Shown here: in pieces, positions 1 to 15,004 of the stretch
Layout of the letters: the number at the start of each line of letters is the position of its first letter
Numbering within the stretch: the stretch's first letter is position 1
Origin: the human T2T-CHM13v2.0 reference genome, Homo sapiens
NCBI RefSeq assembly: GCF_009914755.1
Contig: NC_060945.1
Reading direction: 5' to 3' (one strand)
DNA: 64,000 bases
Notes under the pieces: generated by a model
Told to the model about the DNA's origin: nothing
The model's input: the letters and a program-made list of their open reading frames with translations, nothing else
The model's database searches: none
Made by a program: the position numbers and the translations under genes

Positions 1-129
1 ATCCTGTCCTACCTCTCCACTGAGACAATGAACATGGAGACAATTTACCGCTTCTATGGACAGGAAGGAAAAGCAGGAAATGTTGGAAGAAAACAAGTTG
101 ATAGAGGTTAATATCTCAAAAATATCCTA

Positions 130-700
130 ACACTCAGAGAACTTTAGAAATGAAATAAGAGAAAATGAGAGGAGTTCTCATTAGATGGACTTGATGATCT
201 CGGTAAATGAAGAGATGAGAGTTTTCTGTGGGGAGAAGAGAGCTGAGGATTGACAGCTGATTCAGAGGATTGCTGAACAGCAGAAGGAGCTGGGCACCCA
301 GACAACTTGAACTTACCCCCAAGCCCTCAGCACTGTTTCTCAGCTTCCTCTACCAGGTCCTGTCACCCAGAAATGGCATGAGAAAGGGTTCAGTAAGAAG
401 TATCCAGACATGGATGTGACAAATGGGGACAGTGAAGGGCCAAGGGTGGTGAGGGATGCTAAGGTGCTGGCGAGGAAACTGCACAAAGGAGTCACGGGAT
501 CCAGGCTGGGTAGAGGGACAACGGAGGCAGACTGGGGCGAAGAGTTCAGACAAGAGACCAGAGCTGTGGGAGCAGATGTCCCAGTGAGGATGAAGAGCCA
601 CTTCAACACAAATGAGAACATGAGGGTTGGAGAAGCAGAGAATCCAGATCTGACAAAGTCCTAGGAGATGATAAAGAATACTGCTGGAAGGTCCACATAC
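130..700 (-). mobile_element. Highly degenerate ancient LINE (L2-like) fragment
   Basis: Purine-rich sequence near 160-250 loosely resembles antisense L2. Boundaries are approximate. Confidence 0.3.
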
Positions 701-1094
701 CCTGCCTATGCTGAGAACCAGGTCTGCTATTAAACCCAGAAACACCCACTCTAAGCCATCATCCACCCCAGGACCACCTATATCAGTTCCCGTGGACTCT
801 CTAGTAAGTAGGAACTGGATTGTCCCAAGGAACCGGGAACTGTCCCCACCAAGTATTTGCTTAATTCAAGATTTCCAAAGTCTTATGAAAACAGGGACTA
901 AGAACATGACCCATAAGGCACACATTGGGATATTAGCAATGTCAGACAGCCGTGTGGTGAAGAACGCCACAGAGTCTAAGGTCTGCTGCATGGGAACGGC
1001 TGAATGTTTCCACAAAGAGGGCATTAAGTTTTTAATCTTCATTTTGCACATGATTTTCGCTCTTCTTTGGGTAAGGCAAATCTCATCACTGGTT

Positions 1095-1395
1095 TTTGTT
1101 GTTGTGTTTTGACACAGGGTCTCACTCTGTCACCCAGGCTGGGGTGCAGTGGCAGGATCGTGGCTCACTGCTGCCTCAAACACCTAGGCTCAAGCAATCC
1201 TCCCACTTCAACCTCCCAAATAGCCATGACTACAGGCAGCACCACAATGCCCAGCTAATTTTTAATTTTTTTTTGTAAGAGAGGGTGGTCTCACTATGGT
1301 ACCCAGGCTGCTCTTGAACTCCTGGCCTCAAGCAGTCCTCCCAGCTCAGCCTCCCAAAGTGCTGGGATAACAGCCATGAGCCACCGCACCCGGCC
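1095..1395 (-). mobile_element. AluJ-like SINE
   Basis: Antisense Alu dimer with J-type motif ggctcaagcaatcctccc. TSD TCATCA(C/T)TGGTT at 1083-1094 and 1396-1407. Confidence 0.93.
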
Positions 1396-2785
1396 TCATC
1401 ATTGGTTCTTACATTTTAAGTTTCTCTATTTACTGAGAATAATACCTTTCACTCAGCAATATTGTTCTTGGGATTAAAGTGCAAAGTGTACACTTAAAGC
1501 TGGGGAATTGGCAAACATCATGATTTTACCATCTCCACTGAAGAGCACTATTTTGCATTTCTAGAGAAATTTGAAGCTTCTGAGAGTTTCAGTGTCATCA
1601 GTTGGCTGGTGCCTGTGACCTTCTTACAGAACGAGATGGTGTATTCTACTTTTTGAATAATAAATAGGAAAAACAGGCATATTCTCAACAGAGATGGCAT
1701 TTGAATAAAAGTGTTCTCAGCTTCCTGTCTTTTATTCAGGAAACTCGTTTCTAATCCTGCTTTATAAACACACACACTCTTTCCTTCCTGTTGATGGTAT
1801 ATTTCAATTGTTTCTGCTTGCTGAGGTCCTCAAAACACAAATGCAATCATCTCTATGCCTTGTTTACATTTGCTTCTTAGGAAATGCAATAATCTTACAG
1901 AAAGCCTCACTACCGTCTATTTTAAAATCTGGTACACTGGGCAGCTACTAACTAGTTATACACCAGGCACATAAGGAAATAAATCAAGCTTGCATGGAGG
2001 ATCCCCAGCCAAGAGAAAGCTTTTTTTTTTCTTGTTTTTTTTTTTCTTGTTTTTTAACATTGGATTGGCAAATCGTATAATCAGGATCTCTCTAGGATTT
2101 TGTACCTGGCATAAAGGAAAACAATGTTGTGGAAGCTGTTTCGAGGGAACCTGAAATGCTCAAGGGCATGAGGGGAACTTCCCAACTCTCACTTGAAAAG
2201 ATACAGACAAAAGCACACAGATACTGCACTGCAAAAATTTGACTAAGGATTGCAATAGAATTGGCCAACATCTCAACAGAGTTACATGATTGCCAGATTC
2301 TCTGAATTGCCTCAACACAGAGCCATTATTCTGAGTCTGGGAATGCTAAATGAAACCCATGCCTACTATGTATGCTTTAAATCAGAAACTAAAAAGACCG
2401 ATTTTATTTCATTGTTGGTAGTATGTTGTTTTCATTTTCCGTTTATGCTTCTTTTGAAGTACCTGCTTCTTTTCCCTATTAAGTAATCATGAATTACACT
2501 TGCAAAGTACAGTATCTTTTGCTTTAAATCCCTCTTTGTGCCTGTTTTCTAATTCATCCTCAATAGACAGGACAGCTCTTGTCCAAATTTCACAGATGAA
2601 ACGCAAAGAGGGAAAGTGCAGACTTAAGCAAAGCCTTTGGCAGAATCCACTACCCAGAGAGAGGCGCAGAAGCAAGACACAGTCTATGCAGTCTCCCTGG
2701 TCCAGGTCATGGGACTACCTTGGGTCCAGTCAACCTTGGACAATTGTACGAAGCCTTACAAAGCAACCACGGGAAGGATGACACT

Positions 2786-3385
2786 TGTTTAGTACAACAC
2801 CATATTAACCATGTATTTCCGATGTTTTGACATCTTGGGGCCTTGCTAATCTTGAAAGCACTGTCACCCCCTGCCACAGACCCCCACCACCACTTCCCCA
2901 ATGACTAGAAATAGTAAAGGACTCTCTTGCAAGCATGCTTTCCATATTCAAACCAACCAATCTCTTGAGAGGCAAGAGAGCCCATGCCTCTCAACCACCT
3001 CTTTTATTGGGCTCTGACACTCTCGGCCATTATTTCTTTGCCCAAATCACCCCAGAGCCAGGTACTAGACAAGTGAGGACATCTTCTGCACCTCAAAAAC
3101 TGCTGAAATTATTCAAACGAACCAATTCTAAGCCAGCTTACCCTGCCTCCCCGCTCTTTCCCATGGAAACCACAGTAAAGAGTCTTGCCGATGTTTTCCC
3201 CTCTCTCCCTCTGCCTCCTGGCCAATGCTGATGCTTCTCTGTGTGCCCTGACTCCCCGTGGTATGGCATGTATGCCAGAGTTCCCCTCCGCTTGAAATCT
3301 ATGACAAGTCATCTTTTCAATGGCAGTCATCTACTGACCCATTTGCCTCACTATATCTGAATAATAATGAAACCTACATTTGAAA
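2786..3385 (+). mobile_element. MER39-like ERV1 solo LTR
   Basis: Motifs gttttgacatcttggggccttgct, aaaccaaccaatc, gaaattattcaaac and cccatggaaaccacagtaaag match the recalled MER39 consensus. Confidence 0.7.
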
Positions 3386-4588
3386 ACATGCACATTTCTT
3401 CTCTTCTATTCATTAAACCCTAAACAAATTAAAAATTAAAAGAAGCTTGGACCAGCAGATGAAAGATAATCCTAACATGTGCCTCTCCCTCCTGAGCCCC
3501 TGCAAAGCCATCACATGTGCAATCAACATGATTTCTGAATTGGAAGATTGTCTGCTCAGCTTGAGTTATTCCTTCAAGCTGAACAGGCAACAGAAAGCAG
3601 ACAAGAAATGGCCTAGCTGATGATAAATGCCTAAATAAAAAAAAATCGTAACAGTCCTCCTCTTACACAGACCTCCACACACGTTCACCATAGGGTGATT
3701 CCATCAGTGCAGGGCTTGCTCACCGAAGGGATTGGTTAGAAGTGGCTTAACTTCCAATAGGACATTTGCATTGTAATGGGAGCATAGAGCAACTACTCTC
3801 ATTCTTTAAGGCCTGTATTGGAAATATTTTTGGAACTGAAACAAGTTTGAGAGTTTATCCTGAGGTTGGGAGGTGGGGATGGGAGATAGGACCAGACTTT
3901 TTGAAAAATTCTATTTGTGGTTTTCTCAAGGTACAGAAGACTGCCAGGGAGAAAAAATTATTTCTTGTACATTTGAAATACAATCTGCCTTTTATAGATT
4001 GGTTTTAAGATATTATACTCTTCTTTTTATTTCAAAGAGCAGATGAAAATGGAAAATTGTTAGCTATTCTAAAAATCATATAATCATAATTATCAATTTG
4101 AATTCCTATTGCTAATTCTTGCTACTGCAGTGAAATGATTTATCATAAAACACATCTTGGGATTTTAATTGTGTGCACTTGAATTGTATTTGCATATTCT
4201 CAGCACACTTCATCATTTTCATTCCTGATAAAGCACTTCCAAAGAAACTTTGCTCTGTCAGTTTAAGAATGCATTGTTTTTTCATATCTTCAAAACTATG
4301 GGTAATTGCTATCACATTCTGAATATGTTTAGGATTAGAGGTAGCCTGGACTTTATGAAATGGTGCCACCAAGGTAAGATTTCAAAAATGCTGGTCTAGG
4401 TGTCCAACACTTAATGTTATTCATGTCCACATCCTGTAGAATATTATTTAAGGATTTTTTGAATGATGGTTGAAACTGAAGCAATAGTATTTCCCTTGAA
4501 AGTGAAATTTTCTCAAAACCTGTCTTCCTCCTACGTCGTTAAGGAACCAAGAAGCTACAAAGGAAAGGAGGCTGTTACGACATTAACC

Positions 4589-5048
4589 TAAGGGAGGAGA
4601 CCACCCCTCATATTGTCTTATGCCCAATTTCTGCCTCCAAAGAAAGAAGTAAAAACTAAAAGGCAGAAATGAAATCCACAAGCAGACAGCCCGGCACCAC
4701 ACTCTGGACCTGGTAGTTAAAGATCGACCCCTGACCTAATTGGTTATGTTATCTATAGATTACAGACATTGTATAGAAAAGCACTGTGAAAACCCCTGTC
4801 CTGTTTTGTTCCGATCTAATTACCGGTGCATGCAGCCCCCAGGCACGTACCCCCCTGCTTGCTCAATCGATCACGACCCTCTCACGCACAACCCCTTAGA
4901 GTTGTGAGCCCTTAAAAGGGACAGGAATTGCTCGCTCAGGGAGCTCAGCTATTGAGACAGGAGTCCTGCCAATGCTCCCCGCCAAATAAACCGCTTCTTT
5001 CTTTAACTCGGTGTCTGAGGGGTTTTGTCCGCGGCTTGTCCTGCTACA
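4589..5048 (+). mobile_element. LTR2 (HERV-E/Harlequin) solo LTR, full length
   Basis: Begins TAAGGGAGGAGACCACCCCTCATATTG and ends TCCTGCTACA. 4-bp TSD AACC at 4585-4588 and 5049-5052. Contains AATAAA at 4985-4990. Confidence 0.9.
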
Positions 5049-5399
5049 AACCAACTGGATCCTATTCCACGGTTCCTTCTCTTTTCCTTCTTTCATCCTT
5101 GACTCATGGTCCCCAGCATCATGTTTTTCCCCTCTGAGGACAAAATGGACTCAGAGTCATGAACAAGCAAATGCATCACATGTTTTAAAAAATGATAGTA
5201 ACCCTATTTAATGAATCCAACAAAAGCGCAAACCTAACCCTTCCCACCATCGAAGAACAAAGCTAATAATTAACACATATCACTTATTTAAGCTTTATTT
5301 GTGTACCTCAAATGTACATTGATATAAATGTCTAGACAATGGAAAGATCTTTTGCAGAGTTGAGGATTGTTCACTGAAAATTAACCCTAATCTAGCCAA

Positions 5400-5570
5400 A
5401 TATATATATATGTGTGTGTGTGTATATATATGTGTATATATGTGTGTATATATATTTATTTGAGTTAATATATGTAAACTCAATTCTTTCTGTCTATATA
5501 TTGAGTTATATATATTGAGATATATGTATCTATATACATTGAGTTAGTATATATATATAAACTCAATTCT
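5400..5570. repeat. (TA)n/(TG)n compound microsatellite
   Basis: Alternating TA/TG runs are directly visible. Confidence 0.9.
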
Positions 5571-7802
5571 CTTAGGCATCAATGTCAAAGGTGTTATGAT
5601 ACAATAATGCAGTAAATAACATAGCTGCAAAATATTTAAAACAAAAATTCAGAGAAGTACAGAAAAAAAACAGGCACTTCTACCATTATAGCACAATATT
5701 TTAACATACTTTTTCTGACACTAGATCAGACAGAAAATAAATTGGTAAGGATACAGATTGAACACTACCCAAAAATTATCTTATGTGCATATATGGAGCA
5801 CTATATCTTCAAAATACATTATTTTCAAGAACATGAAGAATATTTATATTTAAAAAGATTTTAAAAGTGACCACGTCTTAAAGTCTTTAAACATGTCAAA
5901 TAATTGATCTCATATAGATCACTTTTCAACCAAAAGTCAATTTAATTGTTACTTATAATGACAAAAACATATAGAAAAACCCCCATATGTTTGGGAATTT
6001 AAATGCACAAATTTAATAACTCATAGGTCAAAGAAGAAATCACAAGATAAATTATAAAATATTAAGAATTGAAATAACAAAAATAGCACATGCCCCATAA
6101 AACTTGTGATATAAAGGTAAAGTGGTATGTAGAGTAAAATTTATAAAGTAATATGATAATAGAATAGTAATAGAAAAGTCAATATGCTGAAAATTTATCT
6201 ATATATCCAAAGAGTGCTAAAGGGATATAATAGAGGAAAGTAAACACATAACAGAAAGGAATGGTGATGTGAGAACTTGGTTATTTGAAAGAATAATAAA
6301 ACTGACAGCCCTCTAACAAGTTTAATCTAAAAAAAGAGATAAAATAAATAATATTGGAATGAACATTAACCAAAATTATAGACACTATGCATATGAAAAA
6401 GATAACAACAGTACTAATAAATATGAAAACAGATGAGCAGATCATTGAAAAATATAATTTACAAAATGGCCTAGAGAACAACTAAAAAACAATAAATATG
6501 CTTATTAACTTTTTTTGAAATGAGTAAGTAAAAAACAACTTTCTAAAAAGAAAATATTAGTTCCACGTAGTTTGATTAGCCACCTCTGGGAATAAGTTAA
6601 TTCCTGAAAAGGTAAGTTAATTCCTGAAAAGGTAAGTTTCTAAGAATAAAAGGAGAGACGCTCCCCAGTTCATTTTATAAAGCTAGTATCACTTTGTATG
6701 AAAAACTGGCAAGGGCATTATAAGAATGAAAAATTACAGACCAGTCTTCCAAATAGCAATGTAAAAATCATATATGTGTTTACATGCATGTGTGTGTTTT
6801 TATATATGCCAAAATTATATATATTTATATATGGTTCATTCAGAAATAAAAAGTAAAATGGCAAGCCATTAGTAGAAAAAGATATTTATATAGAGAGTAA
6901 ATATATTTATTTATATCTTTATATATGACAAAAACATACATTGATAATTTAACATTTTTAATGTAATGTCTATTAACCAGTAAGAAAAAATAAAGACTAT
7001 CCAATTAAAGTGGGAGGGAAGACAGGAAAATAGACCTGATCTAGACTTCACAAATGAGAATATTAATGATTTATCATAGCATGGAATGAAAATGATGAAG
7101 TGTGCTGAGAATATGCAAATACAATTCAAGTGCACACAATTAAAATCCCATATCATGATTAATCATAGCAAATGTGTGTGTATTCCTAGCAATAAATTGA
7201 GCAAAATATGCATAAGACTATGATAGACATATTAATTATTAAAAGACTTCAAATACAAGATATACCATGTTTGTGGATTAGAAGCAGCAATATAAAACAA
7301 GTCAGTTCTCTGCAAATTCATGATAAAGGCATTTACAGTCTACGTTGCAATGAATTTGTGTGTATGTGTGTATATTTAACTTGTCAAAAGAAATTTCCAA
7401 AATATATATGGAAAAACATAGAGCCAGGACAACCAACACATTTTAAGACAACAAGTTAGTGAAGCTTGCTTTACCAGATATCAAGAATTCTTACAAAATG
7501 TTTACATTCATGACACTGTAGAATTATCACAGGGAAAAGCAACAGATCAATGAAACAGACTTGAAACTTGATTTATGTCAGAGCTGGCATTGCACACCAG
7601 TGGGAAAAGAATAGACTTTAAATAAACATTACTTAGACATTGTTATTGGTTTGGAAAAAATTAAATCAAAGCCCTTTTTAACCTCTTGCACAGAAACAGA
7701 TTCCAGATAGATTAAAGACATAAATATGAAAGGCAAAACTATACAACTTTTAGTCAAAATATAGGACAACATATTTGTGATATTAGGAGAACGAAAAAAG
7801 TC

Positions 7803-7935
7803 TTTTTTTTTTTTTTTGGTAGATATGGGGTCTCAATATGTTGCTGAAGCTGGTCTCACTCCTGACCTCAAGCAATCCTCCCACATTGGCCTTCCAAAGT
7901 TCTGGGATTACAGGCAGGAGCCACCACACTGGGCC
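7803..7935 (-). mobile_element. FLAM / Alu left monomer
   Basis: Poly(T) followed by a single antisense Alu monomer ending ...ctgggcc. Confidence 0.85.
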
Positions 7936-8748
7936 AGGAAAATTGTCTTAAGATGCAAAAGATGCAAGTCATTTTTTAAAAGAGATAAATTAGCTAAATT
8001 AAAATTAAGGATTTTTGGTCCTAAAAGATATGAAATATAAAAAGACAACCCACAAACTGGGAAAAAAAATGTTTGCCCTAGATGTTACTGGCAAAGGAAT
8101 AGTAACTGAGCAAAGAACTTCTGCAAATCATTTTAAAAAGCAAATGACTGGTAGGAAACTGAAACAAAAAATGTAAACAGTTCTTCAGAGAAGAGAAAAT
8201 CCAAGGACCAAAAAAATACAAGTAAGATTCTTAGTTTTGTTAATCGCCAAGAAAACAAAAATTCAAACCACAATTAGGTACTATATTATGACTTCCAGAC
8301 TGACAAAAGTTAAAGAGCCTAACAAAATCTAATGTTGGCAAGGATATGGAATTATCCTTCTGGTGAGATTATAAATTGAGACAAGCATCTTTGAAGACTG
8401 TATCAACCAGCAAGTGTTTCTTCTAGAAGACAGGTGCATATTCATAGCAGTCCCTTTCATAATAAAAATAGCAAAAATCCAAATGTTCATCAAGGATAGC
8501 AGAGGTAACAAACTATGTGAGAGTCATGCAATGAAAACACTGCCTTCTAGAAGTGACAATTAATAATTTACAGGTAAATGTAAAAACATGGAGTATCTCA
8601 GAGACATAATGTTGAACTAAAAAAGGAAATATCATAACACATACACTATAATTTATCTATATAAAGTTCAAAAATATACAACATTAAATAATATGTTACT
8701 TAGGGATATACCGTCTGGGAAAACTAAAGTTACAAAAAGAGAGAGATA

Positions 8749-9079
<331 letters not shown>

Positions 9080-9331
9080 TCAGCCAGGGTGGTTTCCTCT
9101 GAGTAGAGAGGAAAGGGAATGGGACAAGGACTTCAATGGTAACAATAATTTTTTTTTTTTTGGTAGTGATAGTGGTGGTAACCAGGTGAGATACTCCAGA
9201 TATTCACTGTATCATTAGTCTTTATATTTTATGCATATTTTACAAGTATTTTGGGGGTTTCCTCAACATTGAATTTAAAATTTTTTAATGAATTGTCTTC
9301 AAGGATTGTCTTTCAAGAAGTAGTGGCATAT

Positions 9332-9673
<342 letters not shown>

Positions 9674-10884
9674 CTAAACTGGATACTCTGGCTGAAATAT
9701 GACAGCAGGGACAAAAAGGATCAGCTGCAGAGCTTTAGTCTCAGAGGAAGTGGCATAGCAGATCGAAAACCAAAGGAGAGGCTCAGATGTAATAAAACAA
9801 TCTGGGGATCCAGTTACTAGAATGAGGTCATAGGAAAGGGCTAGATCACACAGAACAAAGCCAGAACCCAACCAGGGCTAACACTCCAAGTGAACCAGCA
9901 CTAAGGCTGAATCATTTGAATTATTGTCCTGAGTTCCTTTGTCCCAAGGAAAAGCATGGATCCCATTGCTGTTGTACAGGGTTGAATATTAAAGGAGGAG
10001 CTTCAGAGAATCAAGCCTTAAACGAGAAGTCTGCAAAGGTGAGAAGCTAAGCAGGTCTTTATATCATTGTCAAGAAAAAAAGGAGTTTCTTCCTATTTTA
10101 CAGGTAGAGGTCCCAAAATAAGTTAAAGTGACTTATCTGAAGTCATTTCATCATCAGTTTGGAAATAGAAATAGAATCCATCAGTCTTAGTTCTTTTTGT
10201 TGATGCCATCCCTGGTCTACACTCCTTCATTCATAAATTACTTAGCAGCTACACACACTCTATGCAGGAGGCAGGCCATGATTCACAGGCTTAGGTGTTT
10301 CAGACAAGGTTTTATTTCTTTATTTTCAGTTCCCATTTTTTTTTTGGCTCTAAAAATAGCAGCTGTGCTGAACAGTACTCAATGGAAGAAAGAAAGGAAC
10401 TCATTTACAGAGCAGAGGACAAAAATAGTTTACCCAGCATTTATACTATGCTCTTTGGAGCTCAGGGTCAAAGATTTCAGCAGGAGTTTTCTTTAGTAAC
10501 CTAAATTTACTTACTTTCTTTTACTACATCAAAATGGTTTTAAGTGTCTATTCACATAACAATGAATGTGAGGGTCTATCCAATGCCAACAAGTTGGATC
10601 ACTACTGAGGTGGAAATAGCGTGGCTTAAACAAATCGACAGCATATAATTGAGGTCACAAAAAGATGTTTTGCTGGCAAAACCCAAGAGGCTGTGGTAAT
10701 AAAGTATGCCTGAAAATGAGAGTAGAAAAGTATTTCCCTACGTAAGTGTTACAACTGCATCAGATGTTAAATTCACCTTCAGAATTATCTTGCTCAAAAG
10801 AGTAGACCTCTGCTTCCTAATGGAAAGAAGAAATTTTAAAATAAAACACATTTAAACAAGCCATATCTATCTACCACCAATTTT

Positions 10885-10887
10885 CTT

Positions 10888-10926
<39 letters not shown>

Positions 10927-11210
10927 AGACAGAGTCTTGCTCTGTTGCCCAGACTGGAGTGCAGTGGTACGATCTAGACTCACTGTAAGCTCCGCCTCCC
11001 AGGTTCACACCATTCTCCTGCCTCAGCCTCACGAGTAGCTGGGACTACAGGTGCCCACCACCACACCTCGCTAATTTTTTTTGTACGTTTAGTAGAGACG
11101 GGGTTTCACCGTGTTATCCAGGATGGTCTCCATCTTCCTGACCTGGTGATCCGCCCACCTCGAACTCCCAAAGTGCTGGGATTACAGGCGTTGAGCCACC
11201 ACGCCCAGCT
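10885..11210 (-). mobile_element. AluY with long poly(A) tail
   Basis: About 35-40 T run then antisense AluY. TSD ATCT(A/G)CCACCAATTTTCT. Confidence 0.93.
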
Positions 11211-11512
11211 GATCTGCCACCAATTTTCTGTATGACCTCACATAAGCTTCCTCTGAGCTTTGGTTTCCCAACTGGTCAATGGCCATTCCTGGCTCCCCAA
11301 AGAGAAACAGTTACCAGAACACCTGGCTGAGCGTGAAGAGTCATTCAAATGGCGAATTGGAAGTACAGCTGAGATTGGATTCCATGGAATTTTCTCATGA
11401 TAACCCTAGGAATATATGGGGGAAATGGGTAGAAGATAAGAGATCCAGCTATTCTGATTCATGAATTGCCCAATGAGAGGGGATTAGTGGTTTCTTTTTA
11501 ATCTGAGAGGAT

Positions 11513-12397
<885 letters not shown>

Positions 12398-14149
12398 AAG
12401 AAAGTAGCGGATAAGTCAGTAACATAGGTTTTGGTGAAGACTGATTTGCTTTCAAATTCCAGCTCTGTAATTTGAGTGGGTTTCTGTTTAAAGTCAGGTT
12501 AAATTGCTGAACTTCTCAAGCTTCGCTTTCTGTAGATTACAATCTACTTAGGAGCAGGGTACCAACTGCTACTTCCCATATACTTTGCACAGTGCCCAAG
12601 ACATGCCAGTGTTTGCAAATATTTGAAAGGATGAATGAATGAATAACATTGAAAGTCATCCCCAAAACATACTATAAAGCTGTATTTGGCCCTGTTTTGT
12701 CAATGTTTCTTTCATTGACTTGGGCCAATGAGATTGTGTTAATGAATTTACCCAAACTGACTTGGGTCAATGAACAAAAACGGAGAAGCAATGTACATTA
12801 AAGAGATAAGTGAAATAAAGCTGGGCCAAACATTGGGTAACACAGCCGAAATTAAGAAGAGTCATGGCAAACTAAAAAAAAAACAAGCATTTCAATCAAC
12901 TAAAATGAAGATTAATTAGTTTCCTTAATGACTTCGGCAGCTAGGAACCTCAGAGCTAGGTTTTTCTTAACTCAATTACAGTTTTCCCTTAGCCTAGGTT
13001 ATCTAGCATAGTTGCCCTGCCTCTTGTCCTTTGTCTCTAATGCTTGATGGTTTTAATGTGATACTTTGTTTTACTGTAAATCACCTGAAAGCTTATTAGG
13101 ACGTACACAAGATATAAAATATGACAAAATGGAAAAAAATCTGTTTTCTAAAATTTCTGGGGTCCTAAAGAAAAGAGCAGAAAGGGATTTTTCTCAAGGA
13201 GATCCAGAAACAGAATCACTTTCTTAAAGATTCACATAATGAATGGGTCACACATGGAGAGTGTGAGCTTGGGCAAAGCTAGGCTGGAATAGGCTCCAAG
13301 GCAAGATGGTGGAGGAAATGGCCTTACCTGATCATTTTTCCATCACACTCTGTGCCCCTCCCACCCTGAAACTTCAGTGAAAGTCCTAATCTGCCAAAAT
13401 GCTATTATGTAAATGGGATTTTTTTTTCTTGGTGCAGATGGTTAAGGCCAGGTGGAGAAAGAAGATGGCACAAACTGAGTTACATAGACAGAAATGGGAG
13501 TAAGGAAAAGAGAGACTTTGAGCTATTATACATCTTTGAATGCTTTTATCATAATTGATGAGACACAGGAAGATGCCACAGGAAGACTGAAAAAATAAAT
13601 TAATAATTATCAGATAAGCTTTAGTTCCTACCCTCATGTACCCTAAACCATTTGGCAAGGTTAGTCCTGAAGAAATTCATCCATTTAATGAGGGATTCAG
13701 TGCTCTCTCTCTAGATTTATTTTTAAAACCTAAGATTTTGAAAATATAGACATCTTTGTTATGTTTATAAGATTTAAAATTCAAATATTTTGTAGATTTA
13801 ATACCTGTAACATATAATGATATGAAAGTACATAGATATATGAATCTAGATACTTAAGACCTGGAGTTCCAATAAGGCAGCTTGTACCGTTTTAGAGTGA
13901 CAAAAAAGGTATCAGCCTAGAAAAACTTTCTATCAAGTGTGGAAAATTTACCCTGATCTTTCCACATCTCCATCATATGCATGTTTGAGCTACAATAAAT
14001 TTAAAACAGAAATGGAGCAAGGGGTCCCTAAGATATGCAAAACAATCCAGAAAAGTAACTGTGGAAAGACCACCAATTCTCCCTTTTCGGGGCACACAGA
14101 GACAAAAGGTTGAATACTTGCTAATGGGAAAAGGAGCAGAACTAATATG

Positions 14150-14411
14150 TTTCATCTCATCCAAAGCAGTCAAAGGCAGCTATGTTTTCTCTATGTTCTC
14201 TTCTCTCCCTTTAGTGTGGCTGGAACAATGAGATAGCAGAGCTGTAAGACATAGCAGCCCAGATCCCTGAGTCACTATAGGAGAGCTCCAAGGAGAAGTG
14301 ACTCACTGAGTAAGACTTAGACAAGAGTCATAAATAACTTTACTGGATTAAGCCTGAGATTTGAGGGTGTACTTGTTACTGCAGCATAGTCTGTATTATC
14401 CTGACTAATAC
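14150..14411 (+). mobile_element. Old MLT1 LTR 3' fragment
   Basis: Ends ttgttactgcagcatag...cctgactaatac, a typical MLT1 terminus. Confidence 0.6.
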
Positions 14412-14701
14412 CAAAACATTATTCCAAATCATAAACACAAATATTTCCTGATCTGAAGTCAATTGGGATTCAACTGTTTCAAATTACCTACAACACAAAT
14501 TAGACATTATAGAGGAACTAGCAAAAGCTTACTTCTTTATTTATAGATATTTATCATCTACTGTCAACTAATAATAGATAAGAAAATAGCCAATAAATCA
14601 GGGACATTTACAAAATGCACAGAGATTTTGTTTTGTTTTACTACTTCCAAGCACCTCCCAGATAGTAGTCACCAAAGTTTAATTTAAAAAATATGAATTT
14701 T

Positions 14702-15004
<303 letters not shown>

